NCBI GenBank assembly: GCA_951406725.2
Contig: OX597842.1
Location: forward strand, 19,096,001 to 19,160,000
Length of the DNA: 64,000 bases
Direction: 5' to 3'
Source of the DNA: Octopus vulgaris
Lineage: Eukaryota
This document shows positions 51,211 through 62,880 of the stretch, in pieces. Below the pieces are notes generated by a model. The model was not told where the DNA came from, searched no databases, and saw only the letters and a list, made by a program, of their open reading frames with translations. The position numbers were made by a program, and so were the translations under genes. Every line of letters begins with the position of its first letter. The stretch's first letter is position 1.

Positions 51211-51362
51211 ATGGCAAAACTCAGAACCAGTAGCTTAAATGTGAGAGACCTTGGGTCACCTGAGGCTTCATAGCGTGGATCTAGCAGCCATTAGTGAAAC
51301 CAGGCTCTTTGACCTGCATGAACTCGCGGCCCTATTCGGCGGATACGAGATTTTCCTATCTC
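51211..51362 (+). mobile_element. L1/Tx1 ORF2 endonuclease N-terminal fragment
   Basis: MAKLRTSSLNVRDLG, then after a frameshift SVDLAAISETRL. Confidence 0.6.
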
Positions 51363-51649
51363 TGTGGATAGGATTTGTAAATAAGGAGTCTTCCTTATTA
51401 GCTCGACTAAAAGCGGTGCTCCAGCATGGCCGCAATCAAACGACTGGAAAGAGTAAAAGAGGATCAGAGGGTTCACTAGAGCTGTACTTTGCTTCTAGTG
51501 TTGAAATGGCTGCTGGGGGCCAATTTAGGATTTTGTTGCTAAAATTTCTTATAGTTTTATAATAGGCAATATATCCAAATATTTTGCTCTTAATGGTGGT
51601 GAAAGTGGAACTATTACAAGTAGTGGTGAATTTTCTACTACTATCAGAC

Positions 51650-54600
51650 CTTTCATCCTGTTACAATTGGTGACCCCTGAACATAAAACAAACATGCAAG
51701 CCAACAGACGTACACAGCAACTCACCCAGGTATTTATACACTACTGTTTGTGAATAATTTCACTGTCGTTTTGACAGCTACTATACAACCTGCGGGCCAG
51801 ACCATCTCACGCTACCAATATATTGATGTGTCTCCACTGTTTTCATAAGTTGGCTGAACCGAATACGAATGAAGACTCAACAAGCAGGAAAAAACACATT
51901 TCCCAGCAATGCAACTGTTATGTTATAGATCTCATTACAGATCCTAGCCCAGACGCCACCTATGCGACTGTCAAGGCAGAAATTCGACGCAACACGCGGT
52001 CGGAAGAAAGTAAATTCAATGAGCTGATGGCAGATGAGCAGCCAGTGGACAGGACCCCGTCACAATTTTTGCGTCGCTTGTGCAAATTAAGTGGGAACTC
52101 CGCAGACACGCCTCTGCTTTGTAAAAAGAGTAAAAGAGGATCAGAGGGTTCACTAGAGCTGTACTTTGCTTCTAGTGTTGAAATGGCTGCTGGGGGCCAA
52201 TTTAGGATTTTGTTGCTAATAACCACTGGGCCATTGCGCCTCCCTCGTGGCATTGCTACGCTATGCTTGAACGGACAGGATATGGCTCACTCCACTTGAC
52301 TACTGCAACGAGCCCCTAGGCTGCCGATTCGCCCTGAAAAAGAATGTATATACTGCGAATCCAGAAATAAAAAATATTTATGCTGTTGAATTTAATCAGA
52401 AGTCTTGACTCTTTCCTTTTGATTAATATTTTAAAGTAAAGGATGGGAGCTGCACCCATCCAGAGTTACAAACCTTTCATCCTGTTACTTACAAATCGGA
52501 GGGTCCACTAGAGCTGTACGTTGCTTCTAGTGTTGAAATGGCTGCTGGGGGCCAATTTAGGATTTTGTGGCTAAAATTTCTGTTTAATTAATTGCTTATA
52601 GTTTCATAAAAGGCAATATATCCAAATATTTTCCTTTTAATGGTGGTGAAAGTGGAACTTTTACAAGTAGTGGCAGATCTACTACTATCAGAAATTCGAC
52701 ACAACACGCGGTCGGAAGAACGTAAATTCAACGAGCGCATGGCAGATGAGCAGCCAGGGTACAGGACCCCGTCACAATTCTTGAGTCGCTTGCGCGAATT
52801 AAGCAGGAGCTCTGCAGACGCGCCTCTGCTTCGTATAATATTCTTCTCCAGGTTGCCTGCCAACCTTCAGACAATTTTGGCTACAGCCCTTGAGTCCAAC
52901 ACTGTGGACCAAATTGCCACGATGGCAGATAAAATTTTGGAATTTTCTGGCCAGCCAACGTCGCGTGGCGTGTGCGTTTGCACTGAGATCCCTTTGACAG
53001 CCTGTTTCAGCCTCTTCTGTCACATGACACTATATCAGACTAAATACAGGGTGTCCCCAAAAAATGTATACACTTGCTGCAACAGTCTGTCATGCCAAGC
53101 ATTAGAGAGGACTTTGAACAGGAAGAGTTTTATTTCCAGCAAGATGGGGCACCTCCACACTACCATCGCGATGTTAGATCCTTTCTTGATGGGATCTTGC
53201 CAAACAGGTGGATTGGACGGAGAGGTTTTGTCGAATACCCTCCACGTTCACCAGACCTCACACCACTAGACTTCTTTTTATGGGGATACCTAAAGGACAA
53301 AGTCTACGCACAGAAACATGCAACAGTCGTTCAATTGGGGGCAACCGTTGAACATGAATGTACGAATATCCCAAGGGAATTGTTCCATGATGTGTGCCAT
53401 TCCATCGCTTCGCGTTGTCAGCAGTGTCTGGAGCAGAACGGACATCAGTTTGAGAACATGCGATAACAAGACAAAAGAATGATATTTGTAAATTCTTTTA
53501 CATGTTGAAAATTATTCGAATTATAATAAACCCCAAATTTACAATTATTTAAGGTGTGTATACATTTTTTTGGGACACCCTGTAGATGTGCTGACACGAT
53601 GCATAGACGAGCTATATCGCTTGCGCGAATTAAGCGGGAACTCCGCAGGCGCGCCTCTGCTTCGTAAAATGAGTAAAAGAGAATAGGCAATATATCCAAA
53701 TATTTTGTTCTTATAGGTGGTGAAAGCAGAACTGTTACAAGTAGTGGTGGATTTTCTACTACTATCAGACCTTTCTATCAGAGAATAGGCAATATATCCA
53801 AATATTTTGCTCTTAATGGTGGTGAAAGTAGAACTATTACAAGTAGTGGTGAATTTTCTACTACTATCAGACCTTTCATCCTGTTACAATTGGTGAACCC
53901 TGAACATAAAACAAACATGCAAGCCAACAGACGTACACAGCAACTCACCCAGGTTTTTACACACTACTGTTTGTGAATCATTTCACTGTCGTATTCACAG
54001 CTACTATACAACCTGCGGGCCAGACCATCTCACGCCACCAATATATTGATGTGTCTCCACTGTTTTCATAAGTTGGCTGAACCGAATACGAATGAAGACT
54101 CAACAAGCAGGAAAAAACACATTTCCCAGCAATGCAACTGTTATGTTATAGATCTCATTACAGATCCTAGCCCAGACACCACCTATGCGACTGTCAAGGC
54201 AGAAATTCGACGCAACACGCGGTCGGAAGAAAGTAAATTCAATGAGCTGATGGCAGATGAGCAGCCAGGGGACAGGACCCCATCGCAATTCTTGCGTCGC
54301 TTGCGCAAATTAAGTGGGAACTCCGCAGACACGCCTCTGCTTTGTAAAAAGAGTAAAAGAGGATCAGAGGGTTCACTAGAGCTGTACTTTGCTTCTAGTG
54401 TTGAAATGGCTGCTGGGGGCCAATTTAGGATTTTGTTGCTAATAACCACTGGGCCATTGCGCCTCCCTCGTGGCATTGCTACGCTATGCTTGAACGGACA
54501 GGATATGGCTCACTCCACTTGAATCAGAAGTCTTGACTCTTTCCTTCGATTAATATTTTAAAGTAAAGGATGGGAGCTGCACCCATCCAGAGTTACAAAC

Positions 54601-54920
54601 CTTTCATCCTGTTACTTACAAATCGGAGGGTCCACTAGAGCTGTACGTTGCTTCTAGTGTTGAAATGGCTGCTGGGGGCCAATTTAGGATTTTGTGGCTA
54701 AAATTTCTGTTTAATTAATTGCTTATAGTTTTATAATAGGGAATATATCCAAATATTTTGCTTTTAATGGTGGTGAAAGTGGAACCATTACAAGTAGTGG
54801 TGAATTTTCTACTACTATCAGACCTTTCATCCTGTTACAATTGGTGACCCCTGAACTTAAAACGAACATGCGAGCCAACAGACGTACACAGCAACTCACC
54901 CAGGTTTTTATACACTACTG
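51650..54920 (+). mobile_element. Repeated Ty3/gypsy-type LTR-retrotransposon leader and gag fragments
   Basis: ...TGTTACA followed by PBS-like TGGTGACCCC (51668, 54842; variant at 53891). Gag-like TPSQFLRRLR, FFSRLPANLQTILA and IATMADKILE at about 51930-52120, 52690-52985 and 54150-54345. Confidence 0.7.
53047..53582 (+). mobile_element. Internally deleted mariner/maT-type (DDxD) transposon
   Basis: TA|CAGGGTGTCCCCAAAAAATGTATACAC ... GTGTATACATTTTTTTGGGACACCCTG|TA. The ORF has FQQDGAPPH and YPPRSPDLTPLDFFLWGYLKDKVY. Confidence 0.9.
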
Positions 54921-55795
54921 CCAGGAACTAAGATTGTCACAGATTCTTGGAGAGCGTATAATAGCCTACCAAACCATTTGACTGTGAACCAGTGTCACCT
55001 TTGTGGATACCAACAATGCCTCAATCCACACAAACACCGTGGAAGGGATGTGGAGTCACATGTAATCAAATTATCGGAGGATGCATGGAACGTTCCAGAA
55101 TTTTCTTCCAAAATATTTCCATCAAATTTGTAGAGATCGACAAATTCAAGTTCATGCACAGGAAATACCATCGCGGTAGTCATCGAGTCGGGCACTAGGT
55201 TCTTGGAATGGTGGAATGGGAAAGTCCGAGATGTGTTTAGTTCCTGTGGAAAACAGAAGTCCAGCAACATTGTTGCCTATTATTAGCTGCCATGTTCTGC
55301 CAGGAACTAAGATTGTCACAGATTCCTGGGGAGCGTATAATAGCCTACCAAACCATTTGACTGTGAACCAGTGTCACCTTTGTGGATCCCAACAACGCCT
55401 CAATCCACAAAAACACTGTGGAAGGGATGTGGAATCACATGAAATCAAATTTTCGGAGGATGCACGGAACGTTCCAGAATTTTCTTCCAAAATATTTCCA
55501 TGAATTTTGTAGAGATCGATGAATCCAAGTTCATGCACAGGAAATACCATCGCGGTAGGTATCTTAGGAGACTATCCGCAGGGGTCTGGGTGGCAGTGGA
55601 CCCAAACCACTTAATGTCAAAAGCTGTTTTCAGCCTGGAGACTTAATCAGCAAAAAATCTGGTGCTCCCAGATTTTCTAAGAATGGCTGGGACAAGGTAT
55701 CTTGAGCGATGTGGAGTCACGTGAAATCAAATTATCGGAGGATGCACGGAACGTTCCAGAATATTCTTCCAAAATATTTACATGAATTTTGTTTT
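54919..55795 (+). mobile_element. Tandemly rearranged Merlin (IS1595/ISXO2-like) transposase fragments
   Basis: VEIDESKFMHRKYHRG, VPVENRSPATLLPII..VLPGTKIVTDSWGAY, HLTVN and TVEGMWSHVK, with frameshifts. Confidence 0.8.
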
Positions 55796-55939
55796 ACTTC
55801 AAAAAGATTTCGTACAGAAGGAGACAGGAAAACGAATTGGTTACACAAACCTAATAACGATAACTCCATGCGAGCAATTTCACATCCTACGTACGATTCC
55901 GTAATGAAGAAAAGGATTGGAATATGAAGAATGGAAAAC

Positions 55940-56875
55940 TCTGAATAAACCTTTCAAAGAAAAATTTGAAAATATGCCTTGGGGATACTTCGACAACAAC
56001 AAATGCTACATGGAGAGAGACGTCTCTCTAAAAATATTCAGATCCACACTCATGACCCAGGACATCATTGAATGAACATTTGTCTCAACAGTATGGGAAT
56101 TAAGGCAGATTCTCCATAGCAAATGGCAGGACAGGATCGCTAACACAGAGGTTTTGGACCGTGTCAACATCATCTGTGAGAGGCGTCTTCAGTGGCTAGG
56201 CCATGTCAGCCGAATGGATGCAGGACGGATTGCAAAGGACCTACTGTACGGACAGCTAGCGGAAAGCTCCAGAACAATGGGACGGCCCAAACTGCGCTTC
56301 AAGGATATTTGCAAGAAGGACCTAAAGCTATGCCAGAGCAACACCCAAACATGGGAATCCACCGCTGCCAACAGAGGCACCTGGCGACACAGTGTCAAAC
56401 TAAAGAGAACCAGGCGAAAGGAGCAGCAACCACAGCTCTCGTCCCCTTTCACTTGCACCAGATGTGGTAGGGACTGCCACTCGATGATTGGTCTGCACAG
56501 CCACACCAGGAAGTGCAGATAGACCCACCACCTTTTCTGAGCTACACCATTGTCTCTTGAGATAGACGGATGCCGGATGCCAAAGATGGGAATTACTAAC
56601 ACAAAAAAAACCTAAAAGAAATCTTCAGGTATTAAGGGGCATTCCTAACTCTGGCAAATCAATGATAGCAAGAAGTATCGCAGATATGTTTACACACGTA
56701 TCAACCATTCAAGGGACAACTAGTTCCCCCATTCCAGAACCTAGTAAATGTTGAAATTGGTTTAATAGAAGAACCAAACTTTACACTGGAAACACTACAA
56801 ACTCTTAAAAAACTAGCTGAAGGCGTTGACGCTGAAGTCGCAATTAAATTCAAACGAGACCAAATTGTCCACAGG
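55940..56875 (+). pseudogene. Endogenous parvovirus/densovirus NS1 fragment, copy 1 (split by an RTE insertion)
   Basis: After removing the RTE it reads TFVSTVWELLTQKKPKRNLQVLRGIPNSGKS (Walker A)...GLIEE (Walker B)...KKLAEG. One stop and one frameshift. Confidence 0.8.
56103..56585 (+). mobile_element. 5'-truncated RTE (BovB-like) LINE with 10-bp TSD ATGGGAATTA
   Basis: RRLQWLGHVSRM..LLYGQL..GRPKLRFKD and a terminal CxxC...HxxxC finger. TSD copies at 56093-56102 and 56586-56595. Confidence 0.85.
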
Positions 56876-56905
56876 TTCTTCAATGTGGTGCCGAAACACT
56901 GGAAT

Positions 56906-57570
56906 ATGTAGAGATCAACGAATCCAAGTTCATGCACAGGAAATACCATCGCGGTAGTCATCGAGAAGGGCACTAGGTTCTTGGAATGGTGGAATGGGAA
57001 AGTCCGAGATGTGTTTAGTTCCTGTGGAAAACAGAAGTCCAGCAACATTGTTGCCTATTATTAGCTGCCATGTTCTGCCAGGAACTAAGATTGTCACAGA
57101 TTCCTGGGGAGCGTATAATAGCCTACCAAACCATTTGACTGTGAACCAGTGTCACCTTTGTGGATCCCAACAGTGCCTCAATCCATAAAAACACAGTGGA
57201 AGGGATGTGGAGTCACGGGAAATCAAATTTTCGGAGGATGCATGGAACGTTCCAGAATTTTCTTCCAAAATATTTACATGAATTTTGCAGAGATCGACAA
57301 ATTCAAGTTCATGCACAGGAAATACCATCGCGGTAGGTATCTTAGGAGACTATCCGCAGGGGTTTGGGTGGCAGCGGACCCAAACCACTTAATGTCAAAA
57401 GCTGTTTTGAGCCTGGGGACTCAATCAGCAAAAAATCTGGTGCTCCCAGATTTTCTAAGAATGGCTGGGACAAGGTATCTTGAGGGATGTGAAGTCACGT
57501 GAAACCAAATTATCGGAGGATGCACGGAACATTCCAGAATTTTCTTCCAAAATATTTACATGAACTTTGT
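56906..57570 (+). mobile_element. Second block of Merlin transposase fragments
   Basis: Near-duplicate of 55128-55795. Confidence 0.8.
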
Positions 57571-57714
57571 TTTACTTCAAAAAGATTTCGTACAGAAGGA
57601 GACAGGAAAGCGCATTGGTTACACAAACCAAATAACGATAACTTCATGCGGGCAATTTCACATCCTACGTACGATTCGGTAATGAAGAAAAGGATTGGAA
57701 TGTGAAGAATCGAA

Positions 57715-57941
57715 AACTGAAGTTGATAGATCACAAGATAGTGGTGTAGGAGAAAGTCAAACTATGGGTGATCCACATGTAGGACCAGCACCTGGTGGGT
57801 CTGTGGCTATGGCAACAGGAGATCAACCACCAGACATAGGTGATATAAATCCAATTGTATCTAAAAAATTTTCACGGACATTTGTGCATTACGTAAACTG
57901 TAGCGATCTTCCTACCCTTAAAGCATATTATAAAAAACACA
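57715..57941 (+). pseudogene. Possible parvoviral capsid (VP) N-terminal fragment
   Basis: A Gly/Pro-rich stretch followed by KKFSRTFVHYV, resembling the first jelly-roll strand of invertebrate parvovirus VP. It lies next to the NS1 fragments. Recognised by eye only. Confidence 0.4.
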
Positions 57942-57978
57942 ATGGGGATACCTAAAGGACAAAGTCTACGCACAGAAA

Positions 57979-58713
57979 CTGAATAAGAAACTCCCAAAGT
58001 GTAATCTACTTGTATTAAGGGGTTTGCCAAATACTGGCAAATCTAGGGTAGCTAGAAGTATTGCCGAGATGTTCACTCATGTCAGCACGATTCAGGGGAC
58101 AAGGAGTTTCCCATTTCAAAACTTGATTAATGTCGAAATAGGTTTAATCGAAGAACCGAATTTCACTTTAGAAACACTTCAGACATTCAAAAAGCTTGCT
58201 GAAGGGACTGACACTGAAGTTTCTGTAAAATTCAAGCCAGACCAGGTTGTCCACAGAACACCATTGATCATTACTTCAAACAACAAATTCGACAGCAACG
58301 CACCTTTACACGAAAGATATGCTTTCATCACGAGATACACAGAATATCTTTTCCAAAAAACATCTCCTTTCCTTCAATATGTTAAGAAAACAATTAATCC
58401 TATTATATGGAATGTATTATTTTATGAACATTGTTTTTCTTCTTTAATTAATGACGATGGTTCCTCATCGGATGACAATTTATGTCACATTCTAGAAGAA
58501 TATGAAAAGCTCACCAATCGAGACGCCGACAAAGAAAACAAGCGACCAGGTGGATTTCGGACTCTGTCTGGTTCTGGAAGCGGGTCAACCGTTAGAGTCT
58601 TCTCCGAAACAGACGAAGAAGAACAAGTCCCAGAAAAAAGGAAAAAGTTCAGAAAGCTGAGATACACACCAAATTACGAGGCTGATAGTGAACTATCAGA
58701 TTCCGAACTGTAA
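57979..58713 (+). CDS. Endogenous parvovirus/densovirus NS1 SF3 helicase domain, copy 2 (open frame, 5'-truncated)
   Basis: KKLPKCNLLVLRGLPNTGKS (Walker A), FPFQN, GLIEE (Walker B), VSVKFK (B'), RTPLIITSN (motif C), and an acidic/basic tail with KRKKFRK. Confidence 0.88.
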   Translation: MNKKLPKCNLLVLRGLPNTGKSRVARSIAEMFTHVSTIQGTRSFPFQNLINVEIGLIEEPNFTLETLQTFKKLAEGTDTEVSVKFKPDQVVHRTPLIITSNNKFDSNAPLHERYAFITRYTEYLFQKTSPFLQYVKKTINPIIWNVLFYEHCFSSLINDDGSSSDDNLCHILEEYEKLTNRDADKENKRPGGFRTLSGSGSGSTVRVFSETDEEEQVPEKRKKFRKLRYTPNYEADSELSDSEL

Positions 58714-59170
58714 TTCTTTTGCATTTATCATTTATTTCTATTTTTCATTATCAATTATATAATTTGTAATCTGGAAATGTATTCAGAACTCTTCAAATTA
58801 ATTATATTTTTCTTGAAAATGTATTTGTATTTTAAATCTTTAAATAAAAATGATAAAAAATTTTTTTATTTAAATTTAAATAAAAATTCAAAAAAAAAAA
58901 AAAAGAAGCGTGCCAAAAGGGGGAGACCAACCGGCCGAGAGGTCAGTTGGTCCCCTCCCCCCCAATTTTTTTTTATTGAAGATGATCGCACTGCTTCAAA
59001 GAAGTCAACTGGTCGGGAGGGAGGTAGATTACGTCATATATATTGATATTCATTAAATTTTTTTTTTCATTACTACATTTTACGAAAAACCCAGAATTTA
59101 ATAATTGTTAAACATTTTCCTCTTTTCAGGTGAGCCAAAAATTTATGCAGTTAACCTAAATTTATTAATA

Positions 59171-60168
59171 ATGGCTAAAGGAAAGATGTTGACAGATGGT
59201 GAAATTGGGTGAAATTGTTAAATTACTTGCTGCAAAGAAGTCTACATTAGAAATTTCAAAAATTTTGAAACGAGATCATCGAACGTTTCGTCATTGACGG
59301 CAAAGATGGAAGAAAAAAGCACAAAAGTGTCAGACCAAAGGTGACTTCACCACGAGATTTGAGAAAAATCAAGAGGAGTGTGCTAGCAAACCCACACAGC
59401 ACAAGCAAAGCTATTTTCAACCATGCAGGAGTGTCTGACATCTCTAAAAGGACCCGAAATCGGATTTTGAAACAAATAGCGGACCAGAGAACACCAACAA
59501 AATGTCCTCCTTTGAGTGATATCAACTGTCAGATGCGACTAGCATGGGCCACTAAATATTTGAAAACCAATTTTCAAAATGTTCTCTGGACTGACGAGGC
59601 TAGAGCAACCCTCGACGGTCCCGACGGTTGGACCAAGTGATGGCTTCTTAAAGGCAATAGCCCACGCTTGCGATTCAGACGTCAACAGGGAGGAGGGATT
59701 TGGGCTGGGATTATTGGAAGTGAGATTGTTGGTCCTTTTCTTGTCCCTGAAGGTGTCAAAATGAATTCTGTGAACTACTGCGAGTTTTCGGAAGAGAATT
59801 TATTGCCCTGGTTGAATTCACAAAATGATGCTGTCAACCAGAATCTCATTATTCAACAAGACGATGCCCCAAGCCATGCTTCTCGGTTCACAAAAGCTTG
59901 GCTTTCAGACCAGGGGATCTCTGGTGAACGTCTGATGGACTGGCCACCTCAGAGCCCGGATTTGAATCCGATAGAGAACCTCTGGTCGATTCTGAAGAGG
60001 AAGGTTTACGAAAACGGCCATCAATTCAACAGTAAAAAAGACATTTGGGAGAGGATCAAGGAGGTATCTTCTGAAATCACACCTCAACAAGTGCATAAAT
60101 TAACATCCTCTGTTGATAGGAGGCTGATGGATTTGATTAAGAATGGAGGAAAGCGTATAAAGGGTTAA
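59171..60168 (+). pseudogene. Tc1-family (DDE) transposase, frameshifted
   Basis: MAKGK start, VLWTDEARATLDGPDGW, QQDDAPSH and WPPQSPDLNPIENLW, with internal stops and frameshifts. Confidence 0.9.
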
Positions 60169-60589
60169 ATTGTTTTATAAATTTGTATTGTTTTGTTAAT
60201 TGTTATTTGAGCAATAACTGTTGTTTTCTTGTAATATGTTATCAATATATGGTACTATTATCATAATGACACAATGTTTCAAATTATATTATGTTTAAAA
60301 ATGTTATTTATTTCGAATAAATGAGTCTTGCAAACTCTTTTGGCCCATATTTACACTTTTACTTGTTTCAGTCAGTTGACTGCGGCCATGCTGGAGCACC
60401 GCCTTTTAATCGAGCAACTCGACTCCCGGGACTTATCCTTTTGTAAGCCCAGTACTTATTCTATCGGTCTCTTTTTCCGAACCGCTAAGTAACGGGGACA
60501 TAAACACACCAGCATCGGTTGTCAAGCAATGCTAGGGGGACAAACACAGACACACACACGCATATATATATATATATATATATACATAC

Positions 60590-60645
<56 letters not shown>

Positions 60646-60952
60646 GACGGGCTTCTTTCAGTTTCCGTCTACCAAATCCACTCACAAGGCTTTGGTTGGC
60701 CCGAGGCTATAGTAGAAGACATTTGCCCAAGATGCCACGCAGTGGGATTGAACCCGGAACCATGTGGTTGGTAAGCAAACTACTTACCACACAGCCACTT
60801 CCTGAACTTTTTTAAAAATCCATATTTTCCCCCCAGAATATGATTATTTGGTTTCCGTCTCTAGGAATTTACTTTATATATTTGCATATCGAACAATGAG
60901 TAACATAGTTATTTATATTGGAAAATATTGAAGCATAAATTTATCAATATGG

Positions 60953-61334
60953 AATGGAAGCACTCTGTCGGTTATGACGACGAGGGTTCCGGTTGATCCG
61001 AATCAACGGAACAGCCTGCTCGTGAAATTAACGTGTAAGTGGCTGAGCACTCCACAGACACGCGTACCCTTAACGTAGTTCTCGGGGATATTCAGCGTGA
61101 CACAGAGTGTGACAAGGCCGGCCCTTTGAAATACAGGTACAACAGAAACAGGAAGAGTGAGAGAAAGTTGTGGTGAAAGAGTACAGCAGGGATCACCACC
61201 ATCCCTGCCGGAGCCTCGTGGGGCTTTAGGTGTTTTCGCTCAATAAACACTCACAACGCCCGGTCTGGGAATCGAAACCGCAATCCTATGACCACGAGTC
61301 CGCTGCCCTAACCACTGGGCCATTGCGCCTCCAC
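60953..61334 (-). mobile_element. tRNA-derived SINE (another family)
   Basis: The minus-strand head is GTGGAGGCGCAATGGCCCAGTGGTTAGG (A box) ... GGTTTCGATTCCC (B box). Confidence 0.75.
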
Positions 61335-61496
61335 AAAATTTATCAATATATACAATTTGCAAACACTTTTGACCCCATTTTTAAATGTTTTTCTCATTAT
61401 TATTTCTGGTGTCAGAGATGTTCTTTGATCTCATTTCTGAAATTAGCGATTTTTCTGGATGAATTTCTGCTTTTGAATCAAAACTGCAGGGAAAAA

Positions 61497-62880
61497 CTTG
61501 TTTCTGATAAAAATCAAGATAAATTCCAAAGGGGCAATTCCTAAAACATCTATTTCTGAGACTGATTTCTGGTGGCAAAATTTAAAGGAATGACCTCCAA
61601 CCAAAGTGAATTGAAATTTGGAATTCAGACACAAACCTTGCAATGGGATCAAACCTTACGTCAACCAATACAAGTCATGTAAGAAGCACTAGAATCGGCC
61701 AGATGCTTAAGAATTCTATATTTTCTTGTTTTTCTTAGAGGAGGAAAAATTAAGAAATTTCTTTTGATAATGGTCAACCTTGTTATAGACCTTCACTGAT
61801 TATTATAGTTTTGTAGTGACGCTATCCCAATAGCGCGCGCGCTAACGCCACTTACAAAAATGGAATATAGATTATTAAGAGACAAAGAAATGTTAATATG
61901 AAGTATAAAACTTTGAAATGCTTATTTCAGAGTGTCCAAAGTTTGAAGAAAAAGCAGTCAAGACGGTTGTAGAATCTGTAATTGATTTCTATAAATTTTA
62001 CCTTCACCTGAGATATATTTGTGTGAATGACTGAGAACAGGTTCCATTCTTAATTTCCAATTCATATTTCAGTGATTTTCTTTAATTTCTTTCTTTTCTT
62101 AGAGGAGGAAAAAAAAAAATCAAGAAATTATTTTTGATAATGGTCAACCCGATTATTATCATGATAACAACACTGATTATTATAGTTAATATATTAACCC
62201 TGTTAATACCAAATATTTGAACCTGGGTCTGCACCCCTAAGCAAATTTTATTCCTGGGCATTGACAGCAATCAAGATAAAGTCACCAGCTGGTTTCGCTA
62301 ACTACCTACAGAAATACCGTCATAGTTACGAAGTCAAACTTTGTAATAAGATCAAAACATATGTCAACCAGTAAAAGTCGTGTAAGAAGCACCAGAATCT
62401 ATCGGATGTATTAGAATTCTATATTTTCTTTTATTTCTTGCTTTTCTTAGAGGAGGAAAAATCAAGAAATTATTTTTGATAATGGTCAACATTGTTATAG
62501 ACCATCACTGATTATTATAGTTTTTAGCCCCCCCCCCCCCCAAAGGGTTGCCAGCAACTTGTTTCTGATAAAAATCAAGATAAATTCCAAAGGGGCAATT
62601 CCTAAAACATCTATTTCTGAGACTGATTTCTGGTGGCAAAATTTAAAGGAACAACCTCCAACCAAAGTGAATTGAAATTTGGAATTCAGACACAAACCTT
62701 GCAATGGGATCAAACCTTACGTCAACCAATACAAGTCATGTAAGAAGCACTAGAATCGGTCAGATGTTTAAGAATTCTATATTTTCTATAATTTCTTGTT
62801 TTTCTTAGAGGAGGAAAAATTAAGAAATTTCTTCTGATAATGGTCAACCTTGTTGTAGACCTTCACTGATTATTGTAGTT
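61497..62880. repeat. Direct duplication of about 315 bp (61497-61810 / 62557-62880) with partial internal copies
   Basis: Near-identical blocks that yield duplicate shadow ORFs (MIPLQGLCLNSKF...). Confidence 0.8.

Noticed and set aside
52640-53269. 209-aa ORF as a real gene
   Set aside because: Chimera of an exon-R copy, a gag fragment and out-of-frame mariner sequence.
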